This document shows positions 16,923 to 27,104 of a DNA stretch of 50,498 nucleotides, one piece after another. Position 1 is the stretch's first letter, and the number at the start of each line of letters is the position of its first letter. The DNA comes from an uncultured bacterium (GTDB lineage: Bacteria > Hydrothermota > Tepidihabitantia > CAYHGV01): positions 1 through 50,498 of the forward strand of contig CAYHGV010000003.1 of NCBI GenBank assembly GCA_964356135.1. Reading direction: 5' to 3'. The position numbers and the translations under genes were made by a program. The notes beneath the pieces are model-generated. The model had not been told where the DNA came from. It searched no databases and worked only from the letters and a program-made list of their open reading frames with translations.

Positions 16923-19900
16923 ATGCTTCAAGCATATCTGAAAAAGATATTCGAGATTGCCAATCGGGGTGATGCGAGGGAAGAGAGTTACTATTCAGCA
17001 CTTGAGGAACTGTTAACGGAATATGCCGAATCGGCTGGTAAAAAAAACATTCATATTACAACTTTACCCAAGAAAACCGAAGCGGGTAATCCCGATTTTA
17101 GAATCTGGGATGGAAAGCAGCATATCGTCGGTTACATCGAGGCTAAACCGCCAACGACTGAATACTTAGACCAGGTAGAAACAACAGAACAATTAAAGCG
17201 GTATCTTCGTATTTTTCCTAATTTGATATTAACCAATTTTTTTGAATTCCGACTTTATCGGAATGGCTCCTTAATAGATAGCGTTCGTATCGCTAAGGCT
17301 TATATTGTGCATAAGCTTAAAACCGTTCCGCCCGTCGAAAACGAATCGGATTTTCTGAAACTGTTTGAAAAATTCTTTTCTTTTTCCTTGCCGAAAGTTT
17401 ATAATGCCAAAACGTTGGCAATAGAACTGGCGAAGAGAACCAGTTTTTTGAAAGACGAGGTTATTGCGGAGGAATTGAAAGAAGAAGAAAAAAAAGGCAC
17501 AGGCTTTATCTTAGAATTTTACGAGGCATTTAAGAAATATCTAATCAGCGGGTTAAAAAAAGAAGAATTTGCCGATCTCTATTCCCAGACGATCACCTAC
17601 GGTCTTTTCGCTGCTCGAACCCGTTCCGAAAACGGTTTCAATCGAAAACTCGCGTATGATAAAATTCCACCCACGATCGGAATATTGAAAGATGTATTTC
17701 ACTTTATTTCATTAGGCAAACCACCAACGGCAATGGAATGGACTATCGACGATATTTCAGAAGTTTTGGCGGTTACCGATTTAAATAAAATACTGCATCA
17801 GTATTTTCACGAGCACAAAGGGAAAGACCCGGTCGTTCATTTTTACGAGACTTTTTTAGCTGAATACGACCCCACAACGAGAGAGAAGAGAGGTGTCTAT
17901 TATACTCCCGAACCGGTTGTCTCTTATATCGTCCGCTCTTTGCATCAGATCCTCAAGACTCATTTTCAGCTAACCGATGGATTTGGTGACAGCTCGGTAA
18001 CGGTCTTGGACCCAGCTGCAGGAACTCTCACTTTTTTGGCTGAAGCAGCTAAATTGATCGTCGGGGAGGTTGTCTCCCAATATGGTGAAAGCATGGGAGA
18101 AATGACCATTAAGGAGCACATCCTTACGAATTTTTATGCCTTTGAATTGATGATGGCACCGTATGCGGTAGGTCATCTCAAGATGGCTTTTCTTTTAGAA
18201 GAACTTGGCTATAAACTTCAAAATGATGATCGGTTTAAGCTCTATCTTACCAATACCTTGGAAATGGAGGAGCTTACTCAAATTGGAATCCCTGGTTTAT
18301 CCTCGCTCTCAGAGGAATCGCATTTGGCAGGCGAGGTTAAAAAAGAGAAACCGATTTTGGTTATCTTGGGCAATCCGCCTTATTCTGGTCACTCAGCAAA
18401 TGTGAGCGAAAAATATCTTACTGTGAGGACTGAGAACGGTAAAGAAAAGAGAAAGAAAATTAAAACTTGGATAGGTAACCTTATTGAGGACTATAAATTC
18501 GTTGATGGCAAGCCGCTCGGCGAGAAAAACCCCAAGTGGCTGCAGGATGATTATGTGAAATTTATCCGCTTCGCCCAGTGGAAAATAAATCAGTCCGGCG
18601 GAGGTATTTTAGGTTTTATCACCAATCACAGTTATCTTGATAATCCGACTTTTAGGGGGATGCGACAATCTTTGATGGCCAGTTTTGACGAGATTTATAT
18701 TCTGGATTTGCACGGCAACAGCTTGAAAAAAGAACGATGCCCGGATGGCTCAAAAGATGAAAATGTTTTTGACATCCAGCAAGGCGTAGCCATCATTTTG
18801 GCTTTTAAAAAACAGGAAAAGAAAGAAGAATCATGGTCTGCTATACCTTCGTCTCAATTGAAATTGTTTGTCAAAGAGAAACAGTCGGAAAAACCAAAAG
18901 AGCATAGTTGCAAAGTGTATCACAAAAATTCGTGGGGTTTGCGAGAAAAGAAATATTCTTGGCTTTTGAAGAACGATATAAAAACGACCAAATGGAAAAG
19001 GCTATCGCCAAAATCTGAATTCTATCTATTCGTTCCAAGGGAAGAAAAACTTTTAAAAGTATATGAAGGTTACCCCAGAATAACCGATATTTTCCCATTA
19101 AATAGCGTCGGAATAGTTACGGCACGAGATGCTCTGACAATTAAGTGGACAGCAAACGAGGTTTGGACGACAGTTTTAAATTTTTCAAAGCTTGATGCTG
19201 AAACGGCAAGAAACGCTTACAAGCTGGGTAAAGATGCACGAGACTGGAAAGTTGAACTTGCTCAGAAGGATTTAAAAGATGGCGGATTAGACAAAAGAAA
19301 AATAGTGCCGATTTTATACAGGCCGTTTGATATAAGATACACTTATTATACAGGCCGGTCTCGCGGTTTTCATTGTAGGCCGCGTCCTGGAATTATGAAC
19401 CAAATGAAACACGAGAATTTGGGATTGATTTCAGTGAGGCAGGTGGCGGAAGGTATCTTTAATCATGTCCTGGTTTCTAATAGTATTATTGAAAGCCGTA
19501 TTACTCTCAGTAACAAAGGAATAGCTTTTATTTTCCCTCTATATCTATACCCAGCAAAAAGCAGCCAACCGAACAGATTTTCAGGCAGGGTTATGATGGT
19601 TTTTGACCAAAAAGAAGGTTATGAGGAGAAAAAGCCAAATCTTTCTCCAGTATTAGTCGAGCAATTAACAAAAGCTTTTAGAAAATCTATCTCTCCCGAA
19701 CGAATCTTCTTTTATATTTACGCCGTCCTTTGCTCAAATACCTATCGCACTAAATATGCCGAGTTTTTAAAGCTCGACTTTCCAAGGGTTCCCTTTACAA
19801 ACGATTACCGACTATTTAAGAAGCTGGCTGAATACGGCCAAAGACTCGTCAGGTTACATTTGTTTAAATCGGAAGAACCGCGCTCTGCAATTTCTATTCT

Positions 19901-20210
19901 ACGCGGCAAAGGCAATAACAAGGTTAAGATGGTAAAGTATGCAGAAAAAGACAAACGAGTTTATCTTAATCAGGATCAGTATTTTGAAGGAATTACGAAA
20001 GATGTCTGGGAATATCAAATTGGTGGCTATCAAGTTTGCGATAAATGGCTGAAAGATAGAAAGAGAAGGATATTGTCGCTCGATGATGTAAAGCATTATG
20101 TAAGGGTTGTTACCATCATTAAAAAAACAATCGAAACACAAAAGGTGATTGATACTGTTTATCCTAAGATAGAAAAAGAAACCATAGATTTTAAAAATAG
20201 CGAAAAATAA
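16923..20210 (+). CDS. Single-polypeptide restriction-modification enzyme (PD-(D/E)xK nuclease + N6-adenine MTase + type ISP-like C-terminal specificity domain)
   Basis: Likely start ATG 16923; NPDF..IEAK, GVYYTP, DPAAGTLTF, GNPPY, YRPFD, DFPRVP, YQIGGYQV..KWLKDRK; AT-rich. Confidence 0.92.
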   Translation: MLQAYLKKIFEIANRGDAREESYYSALEELLTEYAESAGKKNIHITTLPKKTEAGNPDFRIWDGKQHIVGYIEAKPPTTEYLDQVETTEQLKRYLRIFPNLILTNFFEFRLYRNGSLIDSVRIAKAYIVHKLKTVPPVENESDFLKLFEKFFSFSLPKVYNAKTLAIELAKRTSFLKDEVIAEELKEEEKKGTGFILEFYEAFKKYLISGLKKEEFADLYSQTITYGLFAARTRSENGFNRKLAYDKIPPTIGILKDVFHFISLGKPPTAMEWTIDDISEVLAVTDLNKILHQYFHEHKGKDPVVHFYETFLAEYDPTTREKRGVYYTPEPVVSYIVRSLHQILKTHFQLTDGFGDSSVTVLDPAAGTLTFLAEAAKLIVGEVVSQYGESMGEMTIKEHILTNFYAFELMMAPYAVGHLKMAFLLEELGYKLQNDDRFKLYLTNTLEMEELTQIGIPGLSSLSEESHLAGEVKKEKPILVILGNPPYSGHSANVSEKYLTVRTENGKEKRKKIKTWIGNLIEDYKFVDGKPLGEKNPKWLQDDYVKFIRFAQWKINQSGGGILGFITNHSYLDNPTFRGMRQSLMASFDEIYILDLHGNSLKKERCPDGSKDENVFDIQQGVAIILAFKKQEKKEESWSAIPSSQLKLFVKEKQSEKPKEHSCKVYHKNSWGLREKKYSWLLKNDIKTTKWKRLSPKSEFYLFVPREEKLLKVYEGYPRITDIFPLNSVGIVTARDALTIKWTANEVWTTVLNFSKLDAETARNAYKLGKDARDWKVELAQKDLKDGGLDKRKIVPILYRPFDIRYTYYTGRSRGFHCRPRPGIMNQMKHENLGLISVRQVAEGIFNHVLVSNSIIESRITLSNKGIAFIFPLYLYPAKSSQPNRFSGRVMMVFDQKEGYEEKKPNLSPVLVEQLTKAFRKSISPERIFFYIYAVLCSNTYRTKYAEFLKLDFPRVPFTNDYRLFKKLAEYGQRLVRLHLFKSEEPRSAISILRGKGNNKVKMVKYAEKDKRVYLNQDQYFEGITKDVWEYQIGGYQVCDKWLKDRKRRILSLDDVKHYVRVVTIIKKTIETQKVIDTVYPKIEKETIDFKNSEK

Positions 20211-20238
20211 AGCACGCACTCTCAAGGGTGAGATAAAA

Positions 20239-20988
20239 ATGTTAAAAAAACAGCAGGATGCATTCGGGCATGAGATATACGATTATTTTACAAAGAAACG
20301 GGGCTACGAAATCGTCGAGCGCGACGACGGTTATTTCGACCTCTCGACCGGACCCCGTCCCTATTTTAACGAGTATCCCGAGTGGCAGCTTCATGAAAAA
20401 CAGGCGATGAAATACGTCCAGGGCAGGGTGCTCGATATCGGCTGCGGAGCCGGCAGGCATTCGCTTTATTTGCAGAAGCGGGGATTTGATGTCCTCGGCA
20501 TCGACAATTCGCCTAAAGCGGTTCGGGTCTGCCGGATGCGGGGCTTACGCAAAACCCGGCTTTTGTCGGTCACCGGGATAACTGCGCGTTTGGGGAAATT
20601 CGATACGATCATTATGTTCGGGAACAACTTCGGATTATTCGGAAGTTTTGAGCGTGCCCGCTGGCTTTTGAAACGATTTTATAATAGTACCTCCGAGCAG
20701 GGGAGAATCATTGCCGAGTCTCGAGACCCGTACAACACCAATCTTCCCGAACACTTACGCTATCACCAAAGAAACCGGAACAAAGGCAGAATGTCCGGTC
20801 AAATTCGAATCCGCGTTCGCTATCAGCATTATGCCACGCCTTGGTTCGACTACCTGATGGTTTCGCAGACTGAAATAAATAAAATCCTTCGCGGTACGGG
20901 CTGGATGGTTAAAAAGTTTCTTACCAGTCGATCGGCAATGTATATCGCATTTATCGAAAAAGAACGGGCAGGGAACCGAAGTGTTTAA
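20239..20988 (+). CDS. Class I SAM-dependent methyltransferase
   Basis: VLDIGCGAGRH, GIDNS, FDTIIMFGNN. Confidence 0.9.
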   Translation: MLKKQQDAFGHEIYDYFTKKRGYEIVERDDGYFDLSTGPRPYFNEYPEWQLHEKQAMKYVQGRVLDIGCGAGRHSLYLQKRGFDVLGIDNSPKAVRVCRMRGLRKTRLLSVTGITARLGKFDTIIMFGNNFGLFGSFERARWLLKRFYNSTSEQGRIIAESRDPYNTNLPEHLRYHQRNRNKGRMSGQIRIRVRYQHYATPWFDYLMVSQTEINKILRGTGWMVKKFLTSRSAMYIAFIEKERAGNRSV

Positions 20989-22111
20989 TATCATCATTCT
21001 CGGGTTAACCAGTCTCTTAACCGATATCTCCTCCGAGATGGTCTATCCGATACTGCCGCTGTTTCTCAGTTTGAAATTGGGGGCAAGCCCGGCGATCATC
21101 GGGCTGATTGAAGGAATTGCCGAGAGCATCGCCAGCCTGTTAAAGGTCTTCTCCGGCTATGTTTCGGACCGGCTGGGGAAAAGGAAGTCGCTCGCCATCA
21201 TCGGGTATGCTTCATCGACCGTCGGTAAAGTCGTTTTGTATTTATCCCGGGCATGGGGTCATGTGTTCGGCGCACGGATTATCGACCGGTTGGGCAAAGG
21301 CATCAGGACCGCGCCCCGGGATGCGCTCATTGCCGATAGCGCCCAGGCCGGAAAGCGGGGGAGGGCGTATGGACTGCATCGGGCACTGGATACCCTGGGC
21401 GCCGCAATCGGAGTTCTGTTAGCGTATTTCTTTTTCACCTCGTTTAAAGGTAACTATACACCGGTCTTTCTTTATTCACTGATACCGGCTTTTTTAGGAA
21501 TTGTTCTTCTTTTTGTCGTCCGCGAACGGAAAAAAATCGTCGCAACCACATCAACGATAAAATTGAATGTTCGAGGGCTGCCGTTCCGGCTGAAGGCATT
21601 TTTGGTGGTCGTTTTTATTTTTGCGCTGGGCAACTCTTCGAACCAGTTTCTCCTCTTGCGGGCGAGCAAGCTCGGGGTGAACCCGGCAACGGTGATTCTT
21701 TTGTATTTGGTGTACAATCTAACCTATCTCGTCTTTGCCTATCCGGCAGGCCGGCTGTCGGACCGGATTGGCAGAAAGACCCTGCTGGTTGCGGGGTATG
21801 TGTTTTACGGACTCGTCTATTTCGGATTTGCCTTTGTAAAAAATCCCAGTTATCTCTGGGCGCTATTCGGCGTTTATGGAATCTATATCGGTCTGACTGA
21901 AGGCGTGGAAAAGGCGCTGGTGGCGGATATCGCACCCGAGCACTTGCGGGCAACGATGATCGGACTGCATGCGACCCTGGTCGGCATCGGGCTGTTTCCG
22001 GCTTCGCTTTTAGCCGGGGTGCTCTGGAGTGCTTTCGGTGCGCAGGCACCGTTTTTGTTCGGCGGTGGTTTGGGGTTGTTAGCCGCGGTGGGATTGGCGC
22101 TTTTGATTTAA
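20981..22111 (+). CDS. MFS transporter
   Basis: TDISSEM, GYVSDRLGKRK, RLGKGIRTAPRDALIA, GRLSDRIGRK. Confidence 0.93.
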   Translation: MFNIIILGLTSLLTDISSEMVYPILPLFLSLKLGASPAIIGLIEGIAESIASLLKVFSGYVSDRLGKRKSLAIIGYASSTVGKVVLYLSRAWGHVFGARIIDRLGKGIRTAPRDALIADSAQAGKRGRAYGLHRALDTLGAAIGVLLAYFFFTSFKGNYTPVFLYSLIPAFLGIVLLFVVRERKKIVATTSTIKLNVRGLPFRLKAFLVVVFIFALGNSSNQFLLLRASKLGVNPATVILLYLVYNLTYLVFAYPAGRLSDRIGRKTLLVAGYVFYGLVYFGFAFVKNPSYLWALFGVYGIYIGLTEGVEKALVADIAPEHLRATMIGLHATLVGIGLFPASLLAGVLWSAFGAQAPFLFGGGLGLLAAVGLALLI

Positions 22112-22113
22112 TA

Positions 22114-24642
22114 CTATAATCTGATTGTTTTTTTAATTATTTGGAAATTTGAAGTTTTGAAGCGGATAAAATAGATTCCTCTTGGGGTTTGCTTGCCGGA
22201 ACTGTCACAACCGTCCCAGACAAGCGTATGATTGCCTGATGCGAGGTTTGTTTGGGGAAGAGAACGGACGAGCCTGCCGGCAATGTCATAAATATCAAAA
22301 TTGAGGTGGTCGTAAAAAGCGGGAAGGTAGAAGCTTAAGGTTAAGGTTCGTGAAAAGGGAGAAGGCGGGTTTTCCAATCGTGGCAGCAAAGAGGTGGGCG
22401 TTGTTTGTTCGCTGATGCTGCCGGTCGTGACGAACTGACCGTAGATTCGCTGGACCTCTAACGAATCGGAGAACCGGTTGTAGAGAAAAAGCACTTTGCC
22501 TGGTGCGTAGGGCGCACAGCTTATCGTGCTGTAGCCTGGTGATAAATCGGATATAGCAATCGAATCTTTGAGGTCTCCTTCCGGTTTAATTCGGGCTGCC
22601 CAGAGTTGAGAATAGTATTCTTCTCCAACTTTCTGTTCGGTCGCCCAGGCGACGATATAGTTTTCACCGTCAAATACGATATACGGCGAGGTTTCGTTAA
22701 AGGCGCTATGGGCTATTGGTAAAATGGACGAACCGGCCGTGCCGTCGGCGAAAATTTTGACGCCATAGACATTGTCATAGATTGGTACGGAGCGGGTAAA
22801 GGTCAGATAATAGTCGGTGCCGTCTGAAGCAAGATTTGCGACTTGACCGCTATCGGCGATGGTAAAGCCATCCGGGTCTAAAACCGTAAGGTCGGATGTC
22901 AGTCGGGCACCTCGGATTTCTTTTGTTTTATAATTGGTCCAGACGACCAGATAATCAGTGCCATTGTAAATTGCGGCGATTTCCGGACCGCCTTGGTCGC
23001 TTAGTTTAACAGTCTTGAGGATACTTCCTGAAGAGTCGACAAGGAGTGCACATACGGTATCGTATTTAAAGGTAGCAACAAAATAATCTTCGGTATTTGT
23101 GCTCAGAGTGATACATTCAAAATAATCCGGGTGCTTGCTGATCGATTTTGACCAACGACAAGTTGGAAGGTAATCAAAAAGTGCAATATAAGGCGTATTC
23201 CCGGGATGGTTAAAAAAATCATCATAGAAAGAAGCCCAGCCAACCATGATACCATCAGAACCTTTAACTATCGAGGAAGGCATTATTTTGGCATCGCCGC
23301 CTTCCGTTTCCCAGAAATCATGATTTGTAATCATTCCACTTTTATTCAATAAATTTACCGTCAAGTAGGGTCTTCGCGAGAGTATTCTTCCATAGATTCT
23401 TTCGCGCGTTTCCCACCAGGTTGCAAAAAAATTGTTGCCATCAAAAATCAATGCGGAGTAAATCTGATCGTCTGCGACCATTTTTTTTATTATCTGGGTT
23501 GAATCATTTCTTACGCCACTGGGTGAAATCCAGAACGCTTCGATTCCCAGGGAACCATCCCAGGTTAGTAGGTAATGATTACCGTCAAAGGCTGCTGAGG
23601 GATCGAAGCTTGCCAACGGCATGTAACCAATGCCTGTATCGCCAAGGACTGTTCCGGTACTATTTATAAAACTAACAACGAAAGAAGTCCCATTGGGGCC
23701 GGGGTCAGAATACCAATCACTGGAATAGAAAACTAACCAATAATTACCGTTAGAGGCAATAGCCGAGGGTTTAGATGCTAAATATTCATTTTCCACGGAA
23801 TAATCGAGTTCGGAGGTCCAGCTGATATGAATGGCGTTATTAATTAATGTTCCTGTTTTGCTGACCTGTGCTCCCCATAGATAGGCATCACCGTACCAGT
23901 ATTCATCTTTTTCCCAATAGCAGACGAAGAATCTGTCGCCGTTAAATGCTAAAATTGGTGCATAAAAATTTTCGCCGGTGTGAGATATTAAAAATGGGGA
24001 CTGTATCGTTCCGGACGGGGTTAGGATTATGCCATAGATTTTTCCGGGTTCGTCCCCGGCAACGGCATCTTCCCAGATGATCAGATACGCCTGATTGCCA
24101 TAGCAGACTGCAGGTGATTTTAGATATGTTGTTGAATTCCAGATAGTAAGTGGGATTGAATCAATCGGTGTACCGGAAGCTGTAAGCCGCATCGCATAGA
24201 TATTATTCCAGTCAGCCCATACTACCAGATAATTTGTGCCATCAAAAGCGATTTGCGGATGGTAGGCACTCGAGAATAGATAAAGAGGCAAAGGGTCTAA
24301 AATCTGCCCTGCTGTATCAATGCGGGTAGCATGGAGGTTACCTTCTTGAGTCCATACCACCAGCCAGGAATTGTTTCCCCAGGCTACAGCCGGCAGGGTT
24401 CTTGTTCCTGGGCAGGCGATTTCAAACCCGAGCGAATCTAAAATCCGGTGGTCGGATGAAATCCGTGCCGCCCGGAGACTTAAATCGTTTTCATTCCAAA
24501 CGACCAGGGTTTGATTGCCGTTATATGACAGCGCCGGACTGTCCTGGTTCAACCGGTCATAGGACCAGACGATATTGGGGTCGACGGGATATTCGAAGTT
24601 CATAATCAGGGTTTGCAGGAGGGAGAGGATGATGGCAGGCAT
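22114..24642 (-). CDS. Secreted repeat (propeller-like) protein with FlgD-Ig/T9SS-type tail
   Basis: Many P....(F)DG.NYLV.W...R....G repeats; C-terminal PSPF..IYDIAGRLV..WDG.D..GIYFIR..KKTIRL. Confidence 0.85.
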   Translation of the reverse strand: MPAIILSLLQTLIMNFEYPVDPNIVWSYDRLNQDSPALSYNGNQTLVVWNENDLSLRAARISSDHRILDSLGFEIACPGTRTLPAVAWGNNSWLVVWTQEGNLHATRIDTAGQILDPLPLYLFSSAYHPQIAFDGTNYLVVWADWNNIYAMRLTASGTPIDSIPLTIWNSTTYLKSPAVCYGNQAYLIIWEDAVAGDEPGKIYGIILTPSGTIQSPFLISHTGENFYAPILAFNGDRFFVCYWEKDEYWYGDAYLWGAQVSKTGTLINNAIHISWTSELDYSVENEYLASKPSAIASNGNYWLVFYSSDWYSDPGPNGTSFVVSFINSTGTVLGDTGIGYMPLASFDPSAAFDGNHYLLTWDGSLGIEAFWISPSGVRNDSTQIIKKMVADDQIYSALIFDGNNFFATWWETRERIYGRILSRRPYLTVNLLNKSGMITNHDFWETEGGDAKIMPSSIVKGSDGIMVGWASFYDDFFNHPGNTPYIALFDYLPTCRWSKSISKHPDYFECITLSTNTEDYFVATFKYDTVCALLVDSSGSILKTVKLSDQGGPEIAAIYNGTDYLVVWTNYKTKEIRGARLTSDLTVLDPDGFTIADSGQVANLASDGTDYYLTFTRSVPIYDNVYGVKIFADGTAGSSILPIAHSAFNETSPYIVFDGENYIVAWATEQKVGEEYYSQLWAARIKPEGDLKDSIAISDLSPGYSTISCAPYAPGKVLFLYNRFSDSLEVQRIYGQFVTTGSISEQTTPTSLLPRLENPPSPFSRTLTLSFYLPAFYDHLNFDIYDIAGRLVRSLPQTNLASGNHTLVWDGCDSSGKQTPRGIYFIRFKTSNFQIIKKTIRL

Positions 24643-24647
24643 AGTTT

Positions 24648-24675
24648 ATAATAAAACCGGTGTCCGGTTTGTCAA
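24648..24675 (-). promoter_or_regulatory. Sigma70-like promoter, leaderless, with palindrome in spacer
   Basis: Minus strand TTGACA-N16-TATTAT, 5 nt before ATG; AAACCGG-N3-CCGGTTT at 24654-24670. Confidence 0.7.
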
Positions 24676-24716
24676 CTGGGAAAATTTTTCCTCCGAGACC
24701 GCGAAGAAGTCATTTT

Positions 24717-24864
24717 TAACCACAAAGGGCACTCCCCATTAGATATACAGTATGAAGTTAGTTAAATCAGGTAATCTAATGGGGGAAGCACACAAAGGAA
24801 AAGATTTGAAAAATTAATGAATTATAAGAATTCTTTCTTTGTGCTCTTTGTGTGCTTTGTGGTA
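24717..24864. repeat. Inverted CACAAAG/CTTTGTG repeat pair
   Basis: aaccacaaagggcac...gcacacaaag versus ctttgtgctctttgtgtgctttgtggt. Confidence 0.8.
24734..24784. mobile_element. MITE-like element with 11-bp terminal inverted repeats, nested in the CACAAAG tract
   Basis: CCCCATTAGAT...ATCTAATGGGG; related to termini at 41892-41973. Confidence 0.65.
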
Positions 24865-24900
24865 AAGTGTAGTTTTTCAGAGCTTTATTCTTCCCCTCCC

Positions 24901-24928
24901 TTGACAATCGTTTTAAATTACTTAAGTT
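24901..24928 (+). promoter_or_regulatory. Sigma70-like promoter
   Basis: TTGACA-N16-TAAGTT; SD AAGGAGG before TTG 25010. Confidence 0.5.
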
Positions 24929-25009
24929 TTTGAAAATGCGCAAACCCGATGAATTTAGGAGCAAGCTTGCAGGTGGTAATATATTCATTCAAACTTCAAG
25001 GAGGCACAT

Positions 25010-25795
25010 TTGAAAAAAATCTTGTTGATGCTCAGTGTACTGGTTTTAGCGGCAGCCGGTTGCGGTAAATCGAAGCCGCAGCCGACGACGACCGAGAAAG
25101 AGATCGGTCCTCCGCCCGAGGGAATGGGGCTCATTGCGGGCGGCTATTTTACGATGGGTTCGGATTCGGCAGATGAGAGTCCGAAGCACAAAGTCTGGGT
25201 CGAGCCGTTTTTTATCGATAAGAAAGAAGTGACCAACAAACAATTCAAAGAATTTGTTGATGCCACCAACCACCCCAAGCCGCCGTTTTTTACCGACTCG
25301 GATTTGAACAAACCGGACCAGCCGGTCGTCGGTGTCAGTTATTACGATGCGCTCTCGTATGCGCTCTGGGCAGGCAAGCGGTTGCCGACCGAGGCGGAGT
25401 GGGAGCGGGCTTCCCGGGGAGGACTGGAAGGAAAATTATACCCCTGGGGCGATGAGCCGCCATCAGGTAGGTGCAACTTTGCACCCAATGGACAAAAAGA
25501 AAAAGATGGATATGGCTTCACCGCTCCAGTGGGTAGTTTTGCGCCCAACAGTTACGGGCTTTACGATATGGCGGGTAATGTCTGGGAATGGTGTCAGGAT
25601 TTATACAGCAAAGATTACTATAAAAAAAGTCCGGAGAAAAATCCAACTGGTCCGGACTCGGGATACACCCGGGTCCTGCGCGGCGGTTCCTGGCTCAGCC
25701 TCAATCCCAAGCACCTGCGTTCATCGTCCCGATTAGAGCTCAAGCCGTTTGTTCAAGATCGTTACTACGGGTTCCGTTGTGCGAAGACTCCTTAG
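25010..25795 (+). CDS. FGE-sulfatase (SUMF1/EgtB/PvdO) domain lipoprotein
   Basis: Lipobox AAGC; FTMGS, EVTN, RLPTEAEWE, YDMAGNVWEW, RGGSW, GFRC. Confidence 0.92.
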   Translation: MKKILLMLSVLVLAAAGCGKSKPQPTTTEKEIGPPPEGMGLIAGGYFTMGSDSADESPKHKVWVEPFFIDKKEVTNKQFKEFVDATNHPKPPFFTDSDLNKPDQPVVGVSYYDALSYALWAGKRLPTEAEWERASRGGLEGKLYPWGDEPPSGRCNFAPNGQKEKDGYGFTAPVGSFAPNSYGLYDMAGNVWEWCQDLYSKDYYKKSPEKNPTGPDSGYTRVLRGGSWLSLNPKHLRSSSRLELKPFVQDRYYGFRCAKTP

Positions 25796-27026
25796 CCTGG
25801 TAATTGTTCTTACCGTCGCCGGCTGTTTCCGTTCGGGAACGAAGAAACCGGTTTATCCGGAATCGATCGTCGATTCAACCGGAATGAATGCTCAGGCTCG
25901 TCGCGAATCCAGGGAAGTAGTCTTACCGGAGGAAAAAGGGCCGGTCGACCTTGACCAAAAGACCGAGCCGATTCCGCCGGTCGATGTCGACTTAAGCGGT
26001 AGGTACAAACTGGCGGAGCCGCCGATCGGGCGACAGGGTCCTGGAGTTGTGGCGGCGGAAGCGCCCGAGCCGACAATTGTGCTGCCGGAAAAAAAGGAAG
26101 AGCCAAAGGTAGTAATGGTTCCGCCTCCGGAGGAAAAGCCGGTAGCACCCCCGCCGATAATCCGGGGCGAAGGAGTGGTGCAGGCGATTTTTCTTGATAA
26201 AGACACCTATCGCCAGGGTGAGGTTGCAACCCTGAACGTTACTGCAGTATTGCCGCTTGATAATGCAAGAATTGAGTTTCTTTATCGAGGATATAAACTC
26301 TATCCGACCCCAGAGCGAACCATCTATAAGACAGTTCTGGCGGTGCCGATGGAGACGAAACCGGACAGTTATTTTATGACGATAAGTTATGACGAAGGTG
26401 CAGAACGGAAGAGCCTCCAGTTGCCGTTCAAGGTAGTCCCGGGTGAGTTTGCCCATCGCGATACGGCGAAACTCGACATTCCGATTCTCACCGAAGAAAC
26501 CTCAGAGATGTTAAAATACGAAGGCGGCTATTTTGCCAATGCCTATCGGACAAACCCGGATTCGGCGCTCTACGACGGCGAGTTTATCTGGCCCTGTTCC
26601 GGAACGATTGCCGGACTCTATGCAACGCCCCGACGCTATAATAAAGATATGGATAAGTGGCGGCATAAAGGTGTTGATATCGGCAATGCGGTGGGCGCAT
26701 CGGTGGTGGCTCCGAACGATGGAGTGGTGTCGATGGCGAAGAGTCTTGATGTTCACGGCAAAAGCATCGTCATTGCCCATGGCGGCGGTGTCCATACCGT
26801 CTATCTCCATCTCAGCCGAATCTTTGTCGCAAAAGGCGAACGGGTGAAGAAGGGACAGGTCATCGGACTGGTCGGCAAAACCGGTCTCTGCACCGGTCCC
26901 AATCTCCACTGGCAGGTGATGGTCAATGGGGTGGCAACCGACCCCCGTTACTGGGTGAAAGGAGGAACCGAATTACGCCGGCGAGACTATGTGAAACCGG
27001 AACTGGCGGGAACTCCAACCCAGTGA
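25779..27026 (+). CDS. M23-family peptidase lipoprotein
   Basis: Likely GTG 25779, lipobox VAGC, Pro-rich linker, HKGVD, YLHL, TGPNLHW. Confidence 0.88.
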   Translation: MRRLLSLVIVLTVAGCFRSGTKKPVYPESIVDSTGMNAQARRESREVVLPEEKGPVDLDQKTEPIPPVDVDLSGRYKLAEPPIGRQGPGVVAAEAPEPTIVLPEKKEEPKVVMVPPPEEKPVAPPPIIRGEGVVQAIFLDKDTYRQGEVATLNVTAVLPLDNARIEFLYRGYKLYPTPERTIYKTVLAVPMETKPDSYFMTISYDEGAERKSLQLPFKVVPGEFAHRDTAKLDIPILTEETSEMLKYEGGYFANAYRTNPDSALYDGEFIWPCSGTIAGLYATPRRYNKDMDKWRHKGVDIGNAVGASVVAPNDGVVSMAKSLDVHGKSIVIAHGGGVHTVYLHLSRIFVAKGERVKKGQVIGLVGKTGLCTGPNLHWQVMVNGVATDPRYWVKGGTELRRRDYVKPELAGTPTQ

Positions 27027-27104
27027 CAGCTTGTTCAAAAAGCCTCGATGTTTCCGTAAAACTGAGAAGCGAATGACTACTTAAAAAAGAAAGGAGCAAA
27101 AGCT

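Noticed and set aside
24938-24976. GCAAACC...GCAAGC resemblance to a c-di-GMP-I riboswitch
   Set aside because: No GNRA loop and no convincing stems
24776-24988. 70-aa minus-strand ORF
   Set aside because: Translation of repeat tract and promoter DNA
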